Positions 61,001 through 64,000 of a stretch of DNA of 64,000 bases are shown here, one piece after another; positions within the stretch are counted from its first letter, which is position 1, and each line of letters begins with the position of its first letter. Source of the stretch: Vitrella brassicaformis CCMP3155. Lineage: Eukaryota > Protista > Chromerida. Both the position numbers and the translations under genes were made by a program. Location: NCBI GenBank assembly GCA_001179505.1, contig CDMY01000802.1:62001-126000 (forward strand), given 5' to 3'. The notes beneath the pieces are model-generated. The model had not been told where the DNA came from. It searched no databases and saw only the letters and a program-made list of their open reading frames with translations.

Positions 61001-64000
61001 CAGCTGAGATGGCCGTTCTCTCTTTACAACGCTCACGTGTGCTCACACACCGACCAATGCGACACGTGCGTACCGAAGGGACAGACAGAGAACCAGGTAG
61101 AGATGGATGGATGCACGTGTCATGTGTGTGGGTGTGTGCAGGCCGCTGACCCACGCGGCCTCCCTGCAGATGTGCACGCAGATGGGCGCACGACTGTGCA
61201 CTCATGAGGGTATGTATATACACGACACACACGCACACACATCTGTCTGTCCGTGTACTTCCGAACGAAAACAGAGGTCATTCGTGGCTCGGCCATCCAG
61301 ACGGCCGTCGCGTGCAGGCAAGCCCCCCCCAATTCAATCCTTCTACACGCATATAGAGACCCACACACGCCTTTTCCTTTTGCGCATATAGATTGCCGAC
61401 CGACGCATTTGTGTGGACGGACGAGCAGTGTACAAATGGCGGCCATCTGCGTGTACAGTGGACCGGTACGGAAGACAGACACAGAAGTGAATTGTGTGTG
61501 TGTGTGTGTGTGTGCGTGTGTCCATCGGTCAGGTGTGCAGATGGAGTGTGCATCGGCGGAGAGCGACACGGCCCACCACATGTGCTGCGCCGACGGCACA
61601 CCCCACATCAGTCAGTGCACAACACACACACAGACATACACACAACCATTTGTGACCTCCATCTTTCGTGTATGTGTCTCATTCGCGTCAGCGTCTCTTC
61701 GCTCATGTGCAGAGCTAGAGCAGCGGGCGGATGATGCCGATGCCAATGCCAATCGGACAGACACAAACATGACGTGTACGTGTGCATCGACCGACATTGG
61801 GCGGAGAGAGACACAGAGACCCACACCCCTTTGTGTGTGCAGATACTTACGAGGAGGGTGTGTCTGTCTGCCAGCAGATGGGGGCGAGGCTGTGCTCATT
61901 CGACGAGCTGCAGTTCAAGTACCCCCGCCACACAGATACATGGCTGTGGTGCAGATGTACGTGTGTGCACGCTGCCTCAGCATGACGACCAACGGTGGAT
62001 TCATGAGCACCTGCTTTGTCAACACGAGGTGCGTTTGCATGGCAGATACACACACATGGAATGGCCCCCCTTATGTGTGTAGCTCTCTCTGCTTGTGTGG
62101 GTGCAGCACGCAGGCTGACAAGTGGACGCTCACCCAGTGCAACAAAACTCACGTGTACACATTTCCGGAGAGGGAATGTGCGCCAATGGACATGAGCAAC
62201 AGCACGGTAAGCTCCCGTCCGCATGCAGGAAGGAATGCACATTTACCATGGATGTCTGTAATGAATGGGTTTGTTACCCATTCAGGCTTACGGCGTCTCC
62301 TGCTGCGCTGATTCGGCCGTGCCCCATCGTACGTACGATGGACGCACATACACATACACAAATGCGCATCCATGCACTGAGAGATGGATGTGTCCGTTTG
62401 TCCGTGTGTGTGCAGCCGAGTGGCTTCTGCTCGCGCATCAGATCGCACCCTCAATGTGGCCAACTGAATACGTACTTGGGCAGGCAATGGCGCGTTTGCA
62501 TGAGTGAAGCCACACACCCACGTGTTTTGTTTGTGGGTGGGTGTGCGCAGATAGACATCGACACGTGCTGCCCTCGGGTGTTCTCGCAGATGGACAGTGT
62601 CGATTGGGAACACTTCAGAGACGAGCAGACAGGAGTGTACACATTCCTGATGGAATGGCCCAATACAGTACGCACACAACCACACACATACACACACAGA
62701 GACACATACACACACTCACACGTGTCATTCATGTGTAATCAGGAGTTCGATTCCCTCACGTGGCGGCAGTCCTCACCCCCCTTTGCGCAAGACGCGCAAA
62801 GTGTCCAGCACGACAGCAGCACCGAGTATGTGTTCGGTGGTTTGCAGGTACACACACACATACACATGTATTCTCCCGTAAACGAGTGATGCATGCATCT
62901 GTCGTCCATGCAGATGGGCGACAACCGATCGCTCGTGGTGGGCTCTGCAGACGAGAGAGCATACGTGGTTGGACATTCTGAGCTGACAGGTAGATACACT
63001 TATCTATCCCACAGACACATCCATCCATCCATGGGTGTGGTGTGTGCAGCGATCCCCGGCCCGTTGTTGAAGGCCACGGGCGAAGTGGCGTACGTCAACG
63101 AAGTCAAGCTGTGGATCAGAGGTGTGTATGATATGTGTCCATCCATCCATCCACCTCCGCCACACACACTTCTTTGTCTGTCTGTCTGTCTGTCTGTCTC
63201 AGCCCCATCAGCACGTTTCTCTTGGTGGAATGGTGGGTGCGCGCATCACAGACACACGCAGAGGCGCACATACCAACCAACATGTGTCTATGCTTGTATT
63301 GATGCAGACACCACCACCCCAGTGCCCTCGATCGCCCCCGTTGGCCAGTCCATCACCGACGAGTACCCCATACGCATCAACGTCACTTTCAACGAAGCCG
63401 TTTATGTGCGTGAGAATGCAAGTGAACCAGCTGCCAGCTGCCCACGAACACACAAGTGCTGTTTGTGCACGGTGCGCAGGATTTCACTGAATCGTCTGTG
63501 GCTTTGGAGAATGGCAGCATCCTCTCCATCGAGCCATTCGCCGACTCACGGAGGCGATATGCCATCGAGATCCATGTAACTGACGTACTTACACAGAGAG
63601 GCGCGCACCTTCGATCTGTGTCTGTTCGTGTGTCTGCCTGACAGCCACTGGCATACACAAGAGTGTCGCTACACATACGAGAGGGCACAGTGATGGATAC
63701 GAACGGCCTGCCCAACCGTGCGTCGAACACCGAAGGCTTCCTCTTCGGTATTCAGAAATATCCATTCGCCCGCATAGTCCGTCGCACCTGTGTGTGCGGT
63801 TTGCACTGCACTGCACGGACAGTGCCCGAGTGTGGGGATGTCCACGAGTGGGTCGATGCTACGACCGGCCACACGTGCGAATGGTACGGTACGCACAAGC
63901 GCAGAATGGATGGAAGCGTCTATACGTCCATCCATCCAACCACAGGTCTGTCATGCAGGTTTGCAGCCGATCCCTCTCGGTGCTATGAATGCCCCCATGC
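58016..64000 (+). CDS. Large secreted multi-domain adhesin-like protein (PAN/apple-like, Ig-like, GARLC..CCAD Cys modules); truncated at window end
   Basis: Signal peptide METHYVVWLTVAGVCCLISGAAE; CAERC..CYCFDFSYATLEC (PAN-like); two Ig-like units DNTPP..RNRESNT and DTTTP..INVTFNEAV.DFTESSV.LENGS..PNRASNT; two modules CxQMGARLC..W...C..CCAD. Confidence 0.6.

Noticed and set aside
1-64000. rRNA, tRNA, CRISPR arrays, transposase/RT/integrase ORFs, prokaryotic operons
   Set aside because: None recognised by eye; short ncRNAs could be missed without covariance-model searches.

Overview
Intron-dense eukaryotic DNA, not prokaryotic. The (CA)n/(GT)n/(CTGT)n-filled 50-150 nt introns, a CDPK, a signal-peptide+ASAF plastid leader and an expanded TLDc family point to a chromerid/apicomplexan relative such as Vitrella brassicaformis; this is inference. 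Most ORFs in the supplied track are microsatellite or intron read-throughs, so I assembled gene models by hand from GT/GC-AG junctions with phase checks. Boundaries are approximate unless stated. About 21 genes or pseudogenes, often in head-to-head pairs: laminin-IV-domain protein, plastid-type GatA, an unknown multipass protein, MFS transporter, Tgs-like cap methyltransferase, membrane-anchored RBR E3 ligase, GT43 glycosyltransferase, Bax-inhibitor-1 family protein, a tandem pair of unknown membrane proteins, CDPK, MORN protein, two F-box-like lineage-specific proteins, and a large secreted adhesin running off the right end. Most notable: (1) a spliced NYN (PIN-like RNase)-TLDc fusion gene inside an island of signal-peptide-bearing TLDc genes in various states of decay; (2) a dispersed repeat sitting in sense orientation 3' of these genes that supplies the stop codon of two unrelated genes; (3) introns with 5' (CA)n and 3' (GT)n tracts that could pair to bridge splice sites, plus several GC-AG introns; (4) an intronless bacterial-looking membrane ORF preceded by a Shine-Dalgarno-like AGGAG. 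No rRNA, tRNA, CRISPR array or autonomous transposase was recognised.
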